A DNA stretch of 64,000 bases from Lytechinus pictus (lineage: Eukaryota). A program made the translations under genes and the position numbers. Shown one piece after another: positions 14,801 to 29,800 of the stretch (positions within the stretch are counted from its first letter, which is position 1; every line of letters starts with the position of its first letter). Location of the stretch: contig NC_087256.1 in assembly GCF_037042905.1 (NCBI RefSeq), positions 12,648,001-12,712,000 on the forward strand, given 5' to 3'. The notes under the pieces are model-generated. The model searched no databases and was not told where the DNA came from. It worked only from the letters and a program-made list of their open reading frames with translations.

Positions 14801-17800
14801 CCAGTTTGTGTGTGATTGTAATGCACCCAAAATTTTTATTACAGAGTATATATAAGTGTAGTTAACTTCTATATTTTTTACCATTATTGCTAAACAAAAC
14901 AGTTTTGATGTTTTTGTAGATCTTACAGAGTTAAGCCTCGCCCTTTTGTTTTATCCTTTTAGATTCTAGATATAATAGAATGTATACATTGTAAGGGTTG
15001 CAAGTATATTTGATTTGAAGATTTCTTTATACATAGTAGCATTTTCAGATAACAAATTTTCACTGATGGCCTTGAATCAAGTGATCATGTGAGAGGGATT
15101 CTCATTGCATGATTGGCAATTGGTTTTGTGCATAATGCTCAATAGAGAATAATCATTTTGACACCTTCTATATCCAGGCGGCTGTCCAGCAACACTTCCA
15201 GGAGTCCCTGCGGAAGCTGCAGGTGCCCTTCTCTTTCTCTGCACCTACAACAGGTGGCAGTATCACAGAAGGTACAGCTCTTCCTAAGAACAAAGGACAA
15301 CTTCCCAAAGAGGCCATGGACAGACAGGTGAGTTTTCTCAGGTCATGCCAGAGCTGTGGTCAGCAAGGCTCAGTGAAAAATTATTCACTTTTGAATAGCT
15401 TGAAGAACTTTCAGTGGTCAATTTATTCTGTTTCATACATTGATTTCCTCATTTGATAGTCTTCCTGAAATTCTAACTAGATTCTCCTTTAAAGTTTAAT
15501 TTCTGAAGTTCTTCTTTTTTTACATTGATCTTTTTTGTATGGATTATATGATCTCTATCATGGTCTATTGGAATTTAAACTGCAAGAAAACACATGTGTG
15601 TGTGCATGACTTACAAAGGGAATTGGCCATTCGGGGGTCCCTGCCAAGTACCTCAAAAACGATTGTGCTTCAAAATCAACTACATTACTTAATTGGCCTG
15701 TTTATAGTGATATTTGAATGCATGTGTTAGATAGACGACCCCATTTATGTTTGAAAGCCCTCTTAATCAAGCTTTGAAAGATGAAGTGGAAGTTTTTTTT
15801 TTGCAATGTTATTTACAGCACAAAGAGAGGCAAGAGCATGAAGAAAGATTAAGGAGGGAAAGGGAAGAGAAAGAACTTGAATGGCAAAGAATACAGAGAG
15901 ATAAGGAGCGCAAGCACCAAGACTCTGATCCCAGACTAAGAGTAAGTAGGACAGAAATTTGAATAGTTGAATGAAAAACATCAAGGATTTGCAATTATGC
16001 CCTTTTAATATCTATGTAACTGCTTGAAAATATGCTGAAATAAGTGGAAATGGGAATGTATGCTGATAAGAATATTGGGATACAAGTATTTTGTTAAAGG
16101 TATAATCACATGGCTCTAATTTAAATTTACTGAGGACTAAGCGATCATATCAGATGACACAATGTGTTTTGATGTGGAATGATGGTATGGATGATCACTC
16201 GGTGTTTGCTGTGAACAAGGATTAGTTCTTGAATGTTGGTGATCAGTTTTGACGCTCTTTAAAATATCTGGAAAGGGGATATCGAATTTCCCATGATTCT
16301 GAGTGACACTTGGATAAGTGAGACATTCTTTTGCAAGTTGGTTGCTCACATTGAAGTGCTGCCACAGTTCAGGAAGCTGTAATGGTTTGATTTTAGTTTT
16401 GATCACTCAATGAAAAGTGAAACAGTGAAAATGTCAAGGCAACGAAGCCAGGCACTTATGTTACTCAATGTTCTAATTATGTCTTCCTGTAGTCATTAAC
16501 ACTAACTTCTGGAGGCCGCTTCATTTAAGATGGAAGGTGTAAAGGCGTTTCCCCCTGTCAAACTTGACCTTATCCATTTAGAACCCTATCAAATATTGAA
16601 ATTCAATGTTGAAACCTGAAGGTTGAATCATAAGATATTTGAATAAGCTATAAACTGTTCACCCATCCCCTCCAGTAATAGTAAATTATGTCCCTGACAT
16701 CATTGTTGTGTTAGTCACGCTTATTAATACTGTTTATGTGATTAAGAAATTAAGAAAAATATATATGATATAAGGCTGTTCTTGTTAGTACTGCCATTAC
16801 TTTGAAAATGATTTGGAGTTTATGATACTTGAATAAGATATGACAGAAAAAAATTACCTAAACAGAAATACTGTGCTTTTAAGGTTTAGTTGGTCTCTAA
16901 CATTGACACAGTTATATTTCAATCGGTTTGATGTTAGGTTTTTTTCCCTCAATTCATGTGATGAAGCATGAAGCAAAGGAATCAATGAATCCCCCTTAAG
17001 GAAACCGAGAGGGCATTTCCTGACAAGGTTACTCTTAGCAGGATGATATTTATATGAATCTTGTTTTATGCGTTTCCTTTACAGTTTCCTGGTATGGAGA
17101 GTGAGAGCGTGTACAAACATCCTGTCTCAGAGGGCAAACATCCCTACGATGATCCACTTTACAGGCAATCATTAGCGCATGCTGGACTTGTGCGATATCA
17201 GGAAGAACTGGCAAAGTACCCAATGGATCTCAAACACGAGCCCAAAATTAAACTTGAAAGAACAGAATTGAATGCAAGGACTCACGATGGGCCAGGTTTC
17301 AAGGCATATCAGTCTTCAGTCAGATCGGATGCACACACAACATACTACAATACCTTGTCTATGAAATCGGAAGAACCCAGAGCAGGTGTGCCAGTGAGGA
17401 CTGAACAGAATAGGCAGATGGCAACGGCATCTGCTTACAAGCCTAAACCTGATAATTTAGTGGGATATCAGCCATTCCTGCACACCATCACTAGTCATGG
17501 CGGGGAGAAAGGGGAAACGTTTAGCAAGCATAGCGACGAGTACAAAATGGCTGCTAATGCTGCTGCTATGCAGGGAGCGAGGCGAGCAATCCCAACCCCA
17601 CCACCTCTTATTAAGAGAGAACCAGACAGGTCTGAAATAGCATTGCATTCTAGTGTGATTCAAGCATCCAGGTGTGAGCGAAGACCAGAGACTATGCACC
17701 ATGCTGGAGCAGTGTTTACCGCCTCCAGTTCCAGTCATGATATCCATTTCACACAGGCAAGCAAGCATCTTGCGTTGTCAGATGTAAGAACAAACAATGA

Positions 17801-20800
17801 GGTATCACATTCGGTACCGGTCATCAAGCATACAATAGGCACTCCGCCTCCCTTGCATAGCTCGGCAGGCCAGACCACTGCGAGTCAGTTGGTAAGACAG
17901 TCTCATATACCCCCTCAGTCCCCTCTCAAAGTGGCAACTCCACAGCAGCTTTCAGCGGCTGTTCTTCAACTTGGCTCTCATTCTGTCAGCAGTACTACCA
18001 CAACAACCATGGGGGTGTATCCCCATCATGTCTACTCCACTGCCCAAACAACTACAGCAACGAGCTCTAACTCACTCCTCATGTCAGCTCTTCGTCCTCA
18101 AGACATGACGAGAGTGAGTGAAGCCATGGAGGTTGATCAAGGTACTATGAAGCGAAAGCCCAGTCAGGCAGCGGCTGCCATGTTCCACAAAAAGAGACCA
18201 AAAACAAAGGAGGATATGCACAGTGATAGTGGGAACTTGGACAAAAAGGAGTCTACTGGTATGTCCTACATCGAGCAATACCATAATTTTGTGATGGAAC
18301 CCAATGCTCATAATAGTACGTCTGTTGGAAATGCTACGGTTTGTAAAGCGACTGAAAACATTGAGCTGAAAATTGAAAAAGTTGATCAGTACAAGCGATT
18401 GAGCCTAGACTCCTCAGCGCCAGCGTCTCTATTGTCGGGTGAGACACATAGAACGCCAAATGGGACGTGTTCGGATGGTGAAAGCAACCGGTGTATTTCA
18501 CCGCGTAGTACTGCCAGTGATTCTTCAGAGGGGCGTAGCTTGAAGTCGGCATCACCGCACCGTGCAGGAGGACATATGTATCTCAAGAAGGCCTGGCTGG
18601 CCAGACACTCTGAGAGCAAGACACCGTTTGGTATGCCTTCTGCAGGTGCATCATCCACAAACAACCTTGATCCTAAACAAGAGCCTGGTCTTTCATCCAA
18701 GCTCTCAAATTCTCTTCCTAATGGACATCTCATGGGTGGTACCTTTGCACAGGTGGCGCAGAGCATGGACGCTGACAAATCAGTCACCATTGATGACATT
18801 CCAAAAAGCATTCCGAACCACATCTATGACTTTGATCAGGACAAATCCTCCACCTGCTCGGAAGCATCCACGGTATCCAGCCACAAGTCGCGATCGCGAA
18901 AAAGTGGGAAGGACAGGACTAAGAAAAAGGATCGTAAGCGTCATGGTTCCCCCGCTGAATCCAAGAAACATGGGAAAGATAAAGGAGATAAGAGCGAGGA
19001 AAAGATTGGTGACTGTGAAAAACCAAAGTCGGAATATGTGCTGGGACTGGAAGCCTGTAGGATTATGTCAAACAACATGGAAAGCAAAAGTACTCAACAG
19101 GTCAGTGTAATTAAATTCTTATCACTCCATGTAAATGAAAACATATCTTTTTGGAGCAAGAGCATTATTTTTTGTATGTTGTACTTAAAATATATTGGTA
19201 ATCGTTAAATATATTGGTAATTGTTACATAAAACCATTGTAGGTCTAAAATTCATCGATACTCCATGGAAATAATTCCATGAAATGAACAAAAAATAGTC
19301 ATTGGATGTTCAAGCATTTATGGTGGTCCATTGAATTGGGTTTCAAGTTGATATCCTTCTGGCTTTTTACAAACCATATGTAGCATATTATGTGTTGTGT
19401 TTGCATCACAAATTATATCGTGATCTGTATCATAGAAATTAGCATTACATATCTCCTGGTTCTGCATCTAATGCTTATCAGCCTTGTACATGTATGTCAT
19501 GTATCATGTTTTATTTGTGTTTAGTCAAGGTAAATGAACGATGAAGCTTGCTTTGAAGCAATTCTTAAAATGGCATTGCATTCATGAATGCATAATGAGT
19601 AGTTATACTCTTCCCCCTTTAAAAAAAAAAGGAGATAATTTTTCTGATTAAATATTACTACATGTGTAAACATTCTTTTCATGTGTGTCGATAATTTGAT
19701 ATAAAATGAACAGCATCCCAAATTTTAATTCTCCATGTAACATTTGAAATGTGGTTGCAGTCTTAACAATGATAGAAATCAACCACCTCAGTTATGTACA
19801 TGTATACAGTGGGATTGTGTTGGCATACTGAATTCATTGAATAAGAACATGATTCATCTGGAATGCATGTACATTCCCCTTACATCCCCTGCCAGGAAAC
19901 CAGAATCAGATCCGCTCAAGAGTTAACCGTCAGCAGCCAATTTAAACCCAACCCTAAAAATCTACTCCTGTCTTGCCAAGATGTTCGCTCGCAAGCAAAG
20001 GGGGTGAAGTAGTCGTTCTTATTGGTGTCCCAGATATAGGGAGTCACTATGAGGGTCAATTAATAGTGAACTCAAAGTACCTAATGGGGTGAACAGGAAA
20101 GGGGTTTAGATTAGTCACGCAGTCGCATAGGCACAGAGTCAGGGAGCTCAAGAACAGTTCTTACATTGACATTACGTGTTAAATAATTTCTTGTGCATAT
20201 ATATCATGAAACGTGTAAGTAAAGACCACCCATGGTAGACCAGAAATTGTCTTGATAAGTACATGGTCTTTAAAGAAATGTTCCTGCAATACCATACACA
20301 TGTTTTAATGTGGAAAACTAAAGTTATGGTCTTAATAGACAGGTGATCCTTCTATACAGGTTGTTGATTCATCAGCTTTGACTGTATTATGATTGCATGA
20401 TAGATAACTTCATGATTAGCAAAGATCTCTATTAGCTGTATTGAGTAATCTTCAGTTATTTTGATTCAGGATGTGAAAGGATTTCAGTACCTTTTCTGAA
20501 GTATAGGGAAATCGCACTGTTCATGATTTTAATGGTAGAAATATTTTATGAATATAATATGTTCTTTTTTTAATTGAAGAAAAAAATATGGGGAGAAATA
20601 CACATAATACAATCAGCTTTATCATTTTAAAAAGTATTATTTATTGGGAGGTGATGTTTCTAAATTCAACTGACTCTCTCGACTTAAAAAGTACATTGGG
20701 TTTATTTTTAACAACACTACAGCTTTGTAGAAGCTGAGGTTCATGTATTATAGATCAAGGTGAGGTTGGTTATAACAAATTAGTGTCACCTGCTGACATG

Positions 20801-23800
20801 ACACTAGCATAGTGTTAAATTGATGATGAATCATATATGACAAACAGCTCAAGTGTTAGTATGACATGAAGGACAACCCTAGGCAGAAATCCCACCAATT
20901 ATGTTTTTAAGAGATAGGATTAAAGGAGTCATTTGTTTATGAAATAATTTTTTGACACAGTCACAAGGTGTTGAAAGAAAATTAAAAACAAAACCCTTTT
21001 AGTATTAACATGTAAGTGTCATGACATTTTTGTTGTTGTTGGAAACAAGTGATATTGACCCTGCAATAAATTTGGCACCTATTCTTTGAGTGTTAAGGTA
21101 GAGGAATGTTGAACAAGTATCATAGTATCTTGTTGGGAGAGTCATCTGACATTTCCAACTTGACTTTAGCATTGTTTTCATTTAACTTCTGTGTAAACTG
21201 AATTCCCATGGCCCGTGTGTACTAGGGAGTACTATGAAGGAATATCCTAATAAGCTGGTTAGTGTTCATCAGCTGGGTTAGTGATATGATGGCATGTGAC
21301 TGGCGGGAAGGAAGGGCTGAGCGATGCTCATGTTCCTTAGGGATCAACAACCATAGTTCCTTTGCCTTTAGGCCTTACTCTATCACTCGCAACCCGGCCT
21401 CGTTGAATACCCCTCTCATTATTGAGTCTCTCTCAACTTTCCCTCCGTTTTGTAATAAGTATGCCATTTTCACCAGGTTTTATTTCTCTCTTTAATCCCC
21501 TTTTTAGTGTTTTGATTACTTCTGTCTTTCCCCTTCTGTTTTATTTTCTACACTAATTTGTTTCTTTCTTGATTCTTTCTATTACCTTTCCCCCTTTTTT
21601 CCCATCTTTTAAAAAAATCCTCATTCTGTCTTGCATTTTTTTTTTTAAATCATTGTTTTGATGTGTATGCGCTTGATGCTGTTCACCCCTTCTGTTTTCC
21701 CCCATTTTTTCCCCCTCATTCCTATAATTACCCCACCTTTTGATTTGAAATATTTCTTTTTCTATCTCCCTGTCTTGTATAGGTGTTCATTGCCATAACT
21801 TACCTCGCAATCATGACATAGGTCACATAATATCTATACTTTTATTTTTCTTGTCCTTTGGCACAATGTTCTCATTCTATGTCCCTATTTCATGTCTCAC
21901 ACTCTTTTATTCAATTCCAAACGACCTTGTCCTTTGATATCTTCATCAGGATCATTTATTATTTATTATTTGATTTGGATCATTGCCTTAGAGGCAGGGA
22001 GGAGATGAATTTACTATGTATTCCTCTGTGGTTCATGTTACAATGATTCTCACCCATATCTTGATTAAGGGGCCTCAGACTGTTTCATAAAACTGTAAAG
22101 TTATGCATAACCTTATGAGAGACTGGAGTATGGAATGCCAAAATAAGAGCATAAAGGCTCTCCTAATGAATTTGAATAAAGTTTGATATCTTTATAATTG
22201 TAATAATAATAGTGGCTACATATAGCATGCAGGTCCACATACCTGAATGTACATTTCAACTTTATTTGACTTGAAATATAATTGTATGACTATGTGCTTG
22301 ATTGAGAGTACATTTGTCAGAGAGTTGTAGCCTTTGAATGATTATTGCCATGAATTGTAAGTTTTATGTAATATGTTATGTATCATTATCCTTGTATCAC
22401 CTTAGAATTTGCTACCAATGGCAAAGTGTTATAATACGCTACTATAAAAGAGACATTTCATTTGTTAAAAGGAAAATCAGGAAATGTATCATATTTCCCC
22501 CCTAATTCATTATATTATGTGTGTAATATGATGAAGTAAACAAGTCTAAGGTCATGTGTAGGTTCATGTACTTATGTAGAAAAATCATTCCTATAAGGTC
22601 CATATTGCAATTGTTCAATTTATGTACATAGCAGGATATCACAGATATATTGCAGAGAGCCCTACATATCATACTTCTTTGTTATAACTAATTTAATGAG
22701 TTGATGAAGGATGAGATTGATGAACATGATTTTCTTTGTTCTCTTTCCTACATATAGATCACAGAACTGCTAAATCTGATAGCACAATCCCCAAAGAAAA
22801 GGAAGCTTACAAGATCCAGCAAAGATAGTAAAGACGGTATGTTTTCATTTGAACAGTTTTTTTTTTCTATAGTAGAATAAGACTAATTAATGACAAAAGA
22901 TTAGCAGCATGTAGTATTGCTCTGATGCCTTTTGTAATGGAATTTACAAACCTTCTATATGCAATGGTAATAAAAACTTAATAATACCTTATACTTTGTA
23001 GAAATGATTTTGCCAGAAAGCTTAACTGGATTGTCTGTGCAATGTGACAGTGCATGTTGATGATTACAATGGTGAATGATAGGTATTATTTACAATAAAA
23101 CGGTGATATGCAAGTAATGATAATGAACATGTTAATTTATAGAACCCTAGTAAGATTCCTACAGTAACATTTAGTAAGCATTTGATATGATGTTATTTTA
23201 CACTGATGTTTAAAGAGCAGAAATGAAGTTATTGTAGTTCCAGTATACTCAGTAATCTTCACTGCAACATATTTGAAAATGAGCCACAAACATAACTTGA
23301 CAATATACACCCCCCCCCCCCAGGTCAACTGAATAGACAGGTTACCAAGCCTGCTGTGACCAAGCCTACTGTGACCAAACTCAAGAAGTCTGGAGAGGCC
23401 TTTCTTCAAGATGGCTACTGCTCCGACATCACTCCAAACCTCATGAAATGCAGAGAATGTCGGATCAAACCTTCATCCAAGCAATCTAAACTCAATAACA
23501 TTTTCTGCAGATTCTATGCCTTCCGAAGGTAAATAAAGCCATTGTCCTCAAGAGTTTCCATAGGTCAATGTTCCTTATACAGTATTTTCAGTGGTAGTGC
23601 ATTTCGAGGATCCTTCAACCTCAGATTAGTATTGGCATTTCCTTTTGTAGAGTTCCTGGGGCTTCTGAGTTTCTGACAGATGTTAATTCATCTTTCAATT
23701 CCAATGATTTTGTTAGTCTTACACCTTCATTGGTACAAAGATTTTCTGAAAGTTTTTTAATAATCACATGACGATTTGCCTGTATCCATTTGTCTGAATG

Positions 23801-26800
23801 AAATATCATGAGTGGTGTAACATAAAGATATAAAATGTAAGATACAAATATATTGAACATGACAAATATCTCACAGGTAATATGTAAGAGACTAATTTAA
23901 CAAAATATTTAGGCAATAGCTCTTAAACACTAATTTGGATGAAAGTTAGATTAAGGCCCTTTAATTTTGTGATTAATGATGATTACATTCTACCGGCATT
24001 GTTGATTTATTGTTGCCTGTGACCGTCATAATCACAAGTTTCCTGTTCGTTCCTCCTCTCCAGACTGAAATACAGTACCAAAGGTAACCTAACCTTAGCC
24101 GGGTTCTCTGAGCCTGAACAGTGTGACTCAGAAGACCTTAGCCCCTGGTTACCTTACCCTCCGGACTCCGAGAGCAAGCTGGATCTAGAGACGTGTCTTT
24201 ATATCTTATCGAGGGTCGGACCTCAGTTCTGTCAGCTGGTGCAGCAGGAGCAGCAGGCTAAGACTTGGTGTCCAACCCCAGGTCAGTTCATATCATCTTT
24301 GCTGTAATTTCACAAACAGCACCATCATGCCACATTCAGACCAACCAAATTATTGCATTATTTCCAATGGGAAAACGGTTTCCTTGCTGTGACTGTAGCG
24401 TTACTGAAGAATATTATTTAAATGTACAGTTTGGTTTAATATGGTTGAAGTTCATTTATCTTTCATTAAATTGTCAATTGTTTTGTACATTCATGAATTA
24501 AAATGATCGAATTCACAAAGTGGCGTATCAATGGCAACTGAATTATGTGGATAGCAGTTGCTGCAATGCATTGATAGGATACGAAGCTTATGAATCATTA
24601 ACCTTGGTTGACTCTTCTCTAAATAAATGTCCGTTTTCCTCTCCTACACAGACAAAATAGCATGGAAGAGGGCCGTGATCGGTGTTCGTGAGATGTGCGA
24701 TACCTGTGACACTACTCTCTTCAATATCCATTGGACATGCTCTAAATGTGGCTTTGTGGTCTGCCTCGATTGCTACCACTCAAAGAGCAATGAGGAAAAG
24801 AGTAAGTACCTCTTTAGTGTCCTTTATAAACAGCATCTGTTCAAGTGCCCTGTCTTTTCTCAGCAGGTTGTATGTTTAAATGGATGGTTACGAGTCCATA
24901 GTACAGGGAATGTCCTCTTGTGATGTTACCCAATGCTGTATTATTGTACTTGTTAGACAAGTGTTCAACTGCCACGCTTCTTGGATCAAAGAAGTCAACC
25001 TTCTGTGATATCTTTTCTTTTTTATTTATGTTGCTAAACTTTTCTAATTTTTTTAAAGAGGAAGTTACAATTGTTTGGAGTCATTGTTCTGCACAATATT
25101 ACCCATCTTGTACTACATTACTTTGTGTTGCTAAATTTTCTCAAAATGTAAATGTTTTTAAGTAAGTTCCATTGTTTTTGAGGAAATTTCTTTTATTTTT
25201 AAAGTCAGTATTCTGTTCAATATTAAGACATCTTGTACTATATAACTTCGGTTGGGAATAATTGTAAATGATAATGTCATGTAAATCTGAAGAGTTTTAT
25301 TGATATGCCTTAAATAAGTAATTAGATGCAGCATTACTCAAGAGGGGAAAACAAAGAATGGAATTATACTAAACTTATTCATTCATTCATTAATGTGAAG
25401 CTAATCAATTATCAGAATTTAGAGTCATATTACTCTTGCTTCGGTTTCTACTCTTGTTATCTTTGTCAGAAACAGGTTGTCAGAAACAGGAATGTAAATG
25501 CAAAAACATAGTAATCATTACCATGTCACAGACCTTTCAAATGATTGTTTCCTGTAACTTTTCAAACACAACTCCTTAAAAAGTGTAACATTACCTTTAA
25601 GATTGATAACAAGATTGAGTGTATTTCCTGTCTTTACAGACGATGAAAACACTCCAGAGAATGGACCCAAGTGGTTGAAGTGTATCAAAGATCAAGTTCA
25701 TCAACCCGATAGTCTCATGCTAACTCAGATGATCCCTGGAAATGGTGAGGATCTTTCTTCAATTACAGTTTCTTTTTTTTTTCTTTTAGGAGAAAAAAAG
25801 GAGGGGGATGAGGAGGGGATGGTAGGGGAGAAATTGGAAAAGAGAGGAAGGTGATATCACAGACCAATTTAATTAAATTTGTAAGAGTAAAGTGAAGGGG
25901 AGCGGTAAATTTTGAGGGAGTATTTACTGAACATTGTTGCTATAAATTATGTTCAAGAGGACATGTATTCGTTTATCAATGAAAGTTTGCATGTTGAAAG
26001 GGAATTTTTATTTGTGCAATGAAAATCCTTAAATGCATATTTTAAGTATGCCTTTTCCAGATTCTTGGAATGACAAAATGCCTAGTCGTTTTCTTGTATG
26101 AATCATTTCTTTTCTCGGTGTGTAACAGTGGTTATAAAGCAATTCATCAGGGAGTGGTATCCATTGCTCTTTGTGATAAAGTATCTATTTACTAAACTGG
26201 GTAGAGTGCAGCATGTTGTTGGTGAATGTCTTGCAGATGATAATAATCTCCCTCCTTTTGTATTAATTGCACAGCTCTGTGGGATGTGGGAGAGCTGATG
26301 CATCAGGTCTGCACCAAATGGAGGATACCATCTGCTTGTCCTTGTCTTGGAGATGGTAAACCAGCCGTCAACGGCATGTCACCGGTAAGCCCAATCTTCA
26401 ACTCCTTCACCTTCTGGCGCAAGAAAGCCCTTAGTGCCTCAATCTCACACCATGCATTATGTTGAAATGCTAATGTGCAGTGCGTGATTTTATGGAAATA
26501 GGTTGTTTTGTCTTGACTGAATAGTAGGTCCTACTAGATGATTTCCTACCATCCGCTTGTCTTGAAAAGTTCATGTATCCAAATTTTTTTTAATCATAAA
26601 GTATGGAAAGGAAGACTGTGCATTGATTTTTAGGAATGAGGTTATTTTGTCAAAGCAATCCGCACACTGTCTTGATTTAAATCATTTTGTGTTTTCTCTT
26701 GTGTACAGACAAGAGGCCAGATTGTTTCAGAGTGGAAGAGGGATGACCTTCTATCATCTACCGCCCTCAGTGGTCATCTTTCAAACTCTCGTTCGAATAG

Positions 26801-29800
26801 AATGCCCAAGCTGACATCTCTTCCACAGTCGGCCTCACCACTGGCCTTCCTAGCTGATATTGCTACGTCTCAGGATGGCAAACGTGGTGTGGATGGCCTC
26901 AACTCTAAATCAGTTGACAAAGCGTGTTCTGTTGACGTTGATGCAAAGGGTGAACCTTGTTCCACGCTCAGAGACTTACTCACCAAGACAGCCGGGAAGC
27001 TATGCAAACCATCACCTAACGATGGAAACCTTCTCACGCAGTTACTGCCCAAAGTCGATTGCATCTCCAAGAAGACGTCCCGCACGATGACAAGCACATT
27101 TGAAGACATCATCGCCACGGTCGTTGAGCAGAATATCTCCGCTCCTGGGAAGGATCGAAGCGGTGTCAAGACTCCTCGACTGTCCACATCGTCTGTCACG
27201 GACATGACAACGTCACCAAGCAACAGCAGCAAAGTGGAGAGGAAAGGAAAGACTGCAGGGAATAGGAACACTCTTGTTGAATCTAGTGTAACATTTCCTG
27301 ATGTACCTCATTCATGGTTATGTGATGGGAGGCTGCTAAGATTACATGATCCTTCTCATGCTGGTAATCTACGTATCTTTCAAGAACAATGGAGGAAAGG
27401 AGAGGTGAGAACAATCTCTTTCTATTGGTGTTAATATTATTAGATTAGTCAAGCCATATTCATCTTACATTCAGAATGGGAATCTGACACTTTTCTCTAT
27501 AATTAGAATGTTAAATTCTGTAATTATACTTCGCTAAGCTAAAATCTGTTTATACTGTATCTCAAACTGAGATGATTTTGAATCCTGCTATGACACTGCC
27601 TTCATTTGGTAAGGCATTGATTTACATAGTTTGCTCTTCTCCATCTTGGTTTAAATGACTACCGGTCAGGTGTGAAAGAAAATGTAGTTTACTCAATATT
27701 GTAAGCACTATGGTGTCTTGCTAGAACAGTTCTTGGGGAGTGGAGAATACGCATTCACCATGTGGTTTGGCTAACAAGTATCCAATGACCCTCTGTCTAA
27801 CTTAAGTGTATCTAAGCTCTAAATATGCATCCTTGAAGCACTGCATGCTATTTAACAAAATATTATTGTCTTTTGTATTAAGTCAATATTTATTATTAAG
27901 TTTGGAATAAATTTTGTTTTCTTCTCTGTACCCAGCCAATCTTGGTTAGCAATGTTCACAAGCAGCTTGATGATAACCTATGGCATCCAACCTTCTTCAA
28001 CAAACACTTTGGTCACCTTGAGAATGACCTTGTAGACTGTCGATCAGGGGACGTTATAACAGGTGCCCCTATGAGAGACTTCTGGAATGGTTTTGAGGAT
28101 ATCTCAAGTAAGTGATTAAATTAGCAGCAGTAGTCGTATATTCTAAAAATACAGCAGTGTTATTGTTTTGGTACCTTGCCAAAAGTATCTTCCAGAAGAA
28201 TCTTTCAAGCAAGAATCTATTTAAATGCATATTTTATTGTGTTGTTTGAAATAGTCATGAAATGAAATACTCCAAAAATTTGCTTTGCCCAATTGATCTG
28301 GGGCCTGGCAGCCGCATTTTCACTGTCAATGTACACATGTCATCATAGACAAAACAAATGGAATGTTGAGAAAATCTGCTGTGAAGAGATGCACCTTCCT
28401 TTCTAGGAGGATTCATGCTGAAAGATGCACCACAGACTTTTGTCTGGTAAGGTGCTGTATGTGAAATTGTAGCATATGTCCACCTCGGTTTCTGATTGAT
28501 TCTTCCTTACCATTGTCTGACAGTAATGTCATCAGGGGTGTGTCTTTAAGAGATACAGGTACTATTTACAACTGATTGTAACTTTTTACTCATTTTGTTG
28601 AAATTTCTATTCAATATCTATAAGACCGTACTGAAACAATTGAAATATTCCTGTTTTCTGATTAGATCGTTTGGAGACGAAGCAAGGGTTACCCATCATC
28701 CTGAAACTGAAGGATTGGCCACCAGCGCAAGACTTCAGCGAGCTTCTACCTCGACACTTTCAGGATCTGATGAATAACCTACCCTTGCCTGACTACACCC
28801 GTAGGGATGGTAGGTTCAATCTATCGTCTAGACTGCCAGACTTCTTCGTCAAACCCGACCTTGGACCAAAGATGTACAATGCCTATGGTGAGTTGATGTT
28901 CGATCATGACTTGTGGGGGGGGGGGGTGTTTCATAAAGCAGTTTGTAAGTTATGCATGACTATGTACCAGTGACATGGTATTGTGCTGAATGATATACCC
29001 CTAAGTAACTACAAACTGAACTGATCATGCATTCTTCAAATTGGGCACACTTCAGATTTAATTGAATATGCTTTGATTTATTGGTAATTTAACCCCCCCC
29101 CCCCCCCTAAAAAAAAAAAAAAAAAAAAAAATAGCCAATCCATTTTAAACATCTGGCCTCCATTTTTCTCCATTCTTTTTTCATGTATTGCACTTCTCAA
29201 GCCATGATAATTTGAGAGCATTACATCTTTTGATCAAACACTTCAACTCCATTAATTGAATTTGGTGCATTTGGAAACCTCAGAAATGGTATGTAGGAAA
29301 GTGATGAAAAGAAATAGAAGAAAACAAATGATGATGCTCACCAACATTTAGATCGTAGTGCCCATAAATAGTGCACTAGATTTTTGTTACATGGGAACAT
29401 TCCTGATAAAGGAACATTCTCCTATTGTTCTTTTGCTCCAGGCCTTGCCCGCTATTCATCATGCGGCACTACCAACCTTCATCTAGACATCTCTGATGCT
29501 GTCAATGTGATGGTATATGTAGGCAAGCCACATAGCGTAGACGGACAAGAAACATGTGATTCATATGAAAAAGGTGAGTGGATACAGGCTTTAATCTATA
29601 TCAGATGGAGTATTTGGAGGGGGGGGGGGTAAGTTGCCTTTAGACCCCTCCAGCACCCTACGTCATCATTGCAAACTAACTTTTGGCAAGTTGTTGCTGT
29701 CTTAATTCTCTTTAAGGACCTATGGTTTGCTCTCGGGTTGTGATAAGGATTTGTATCGACCATCAAGATTTACGTTATTGTCAAAGAAAAGTTTTAGAGG

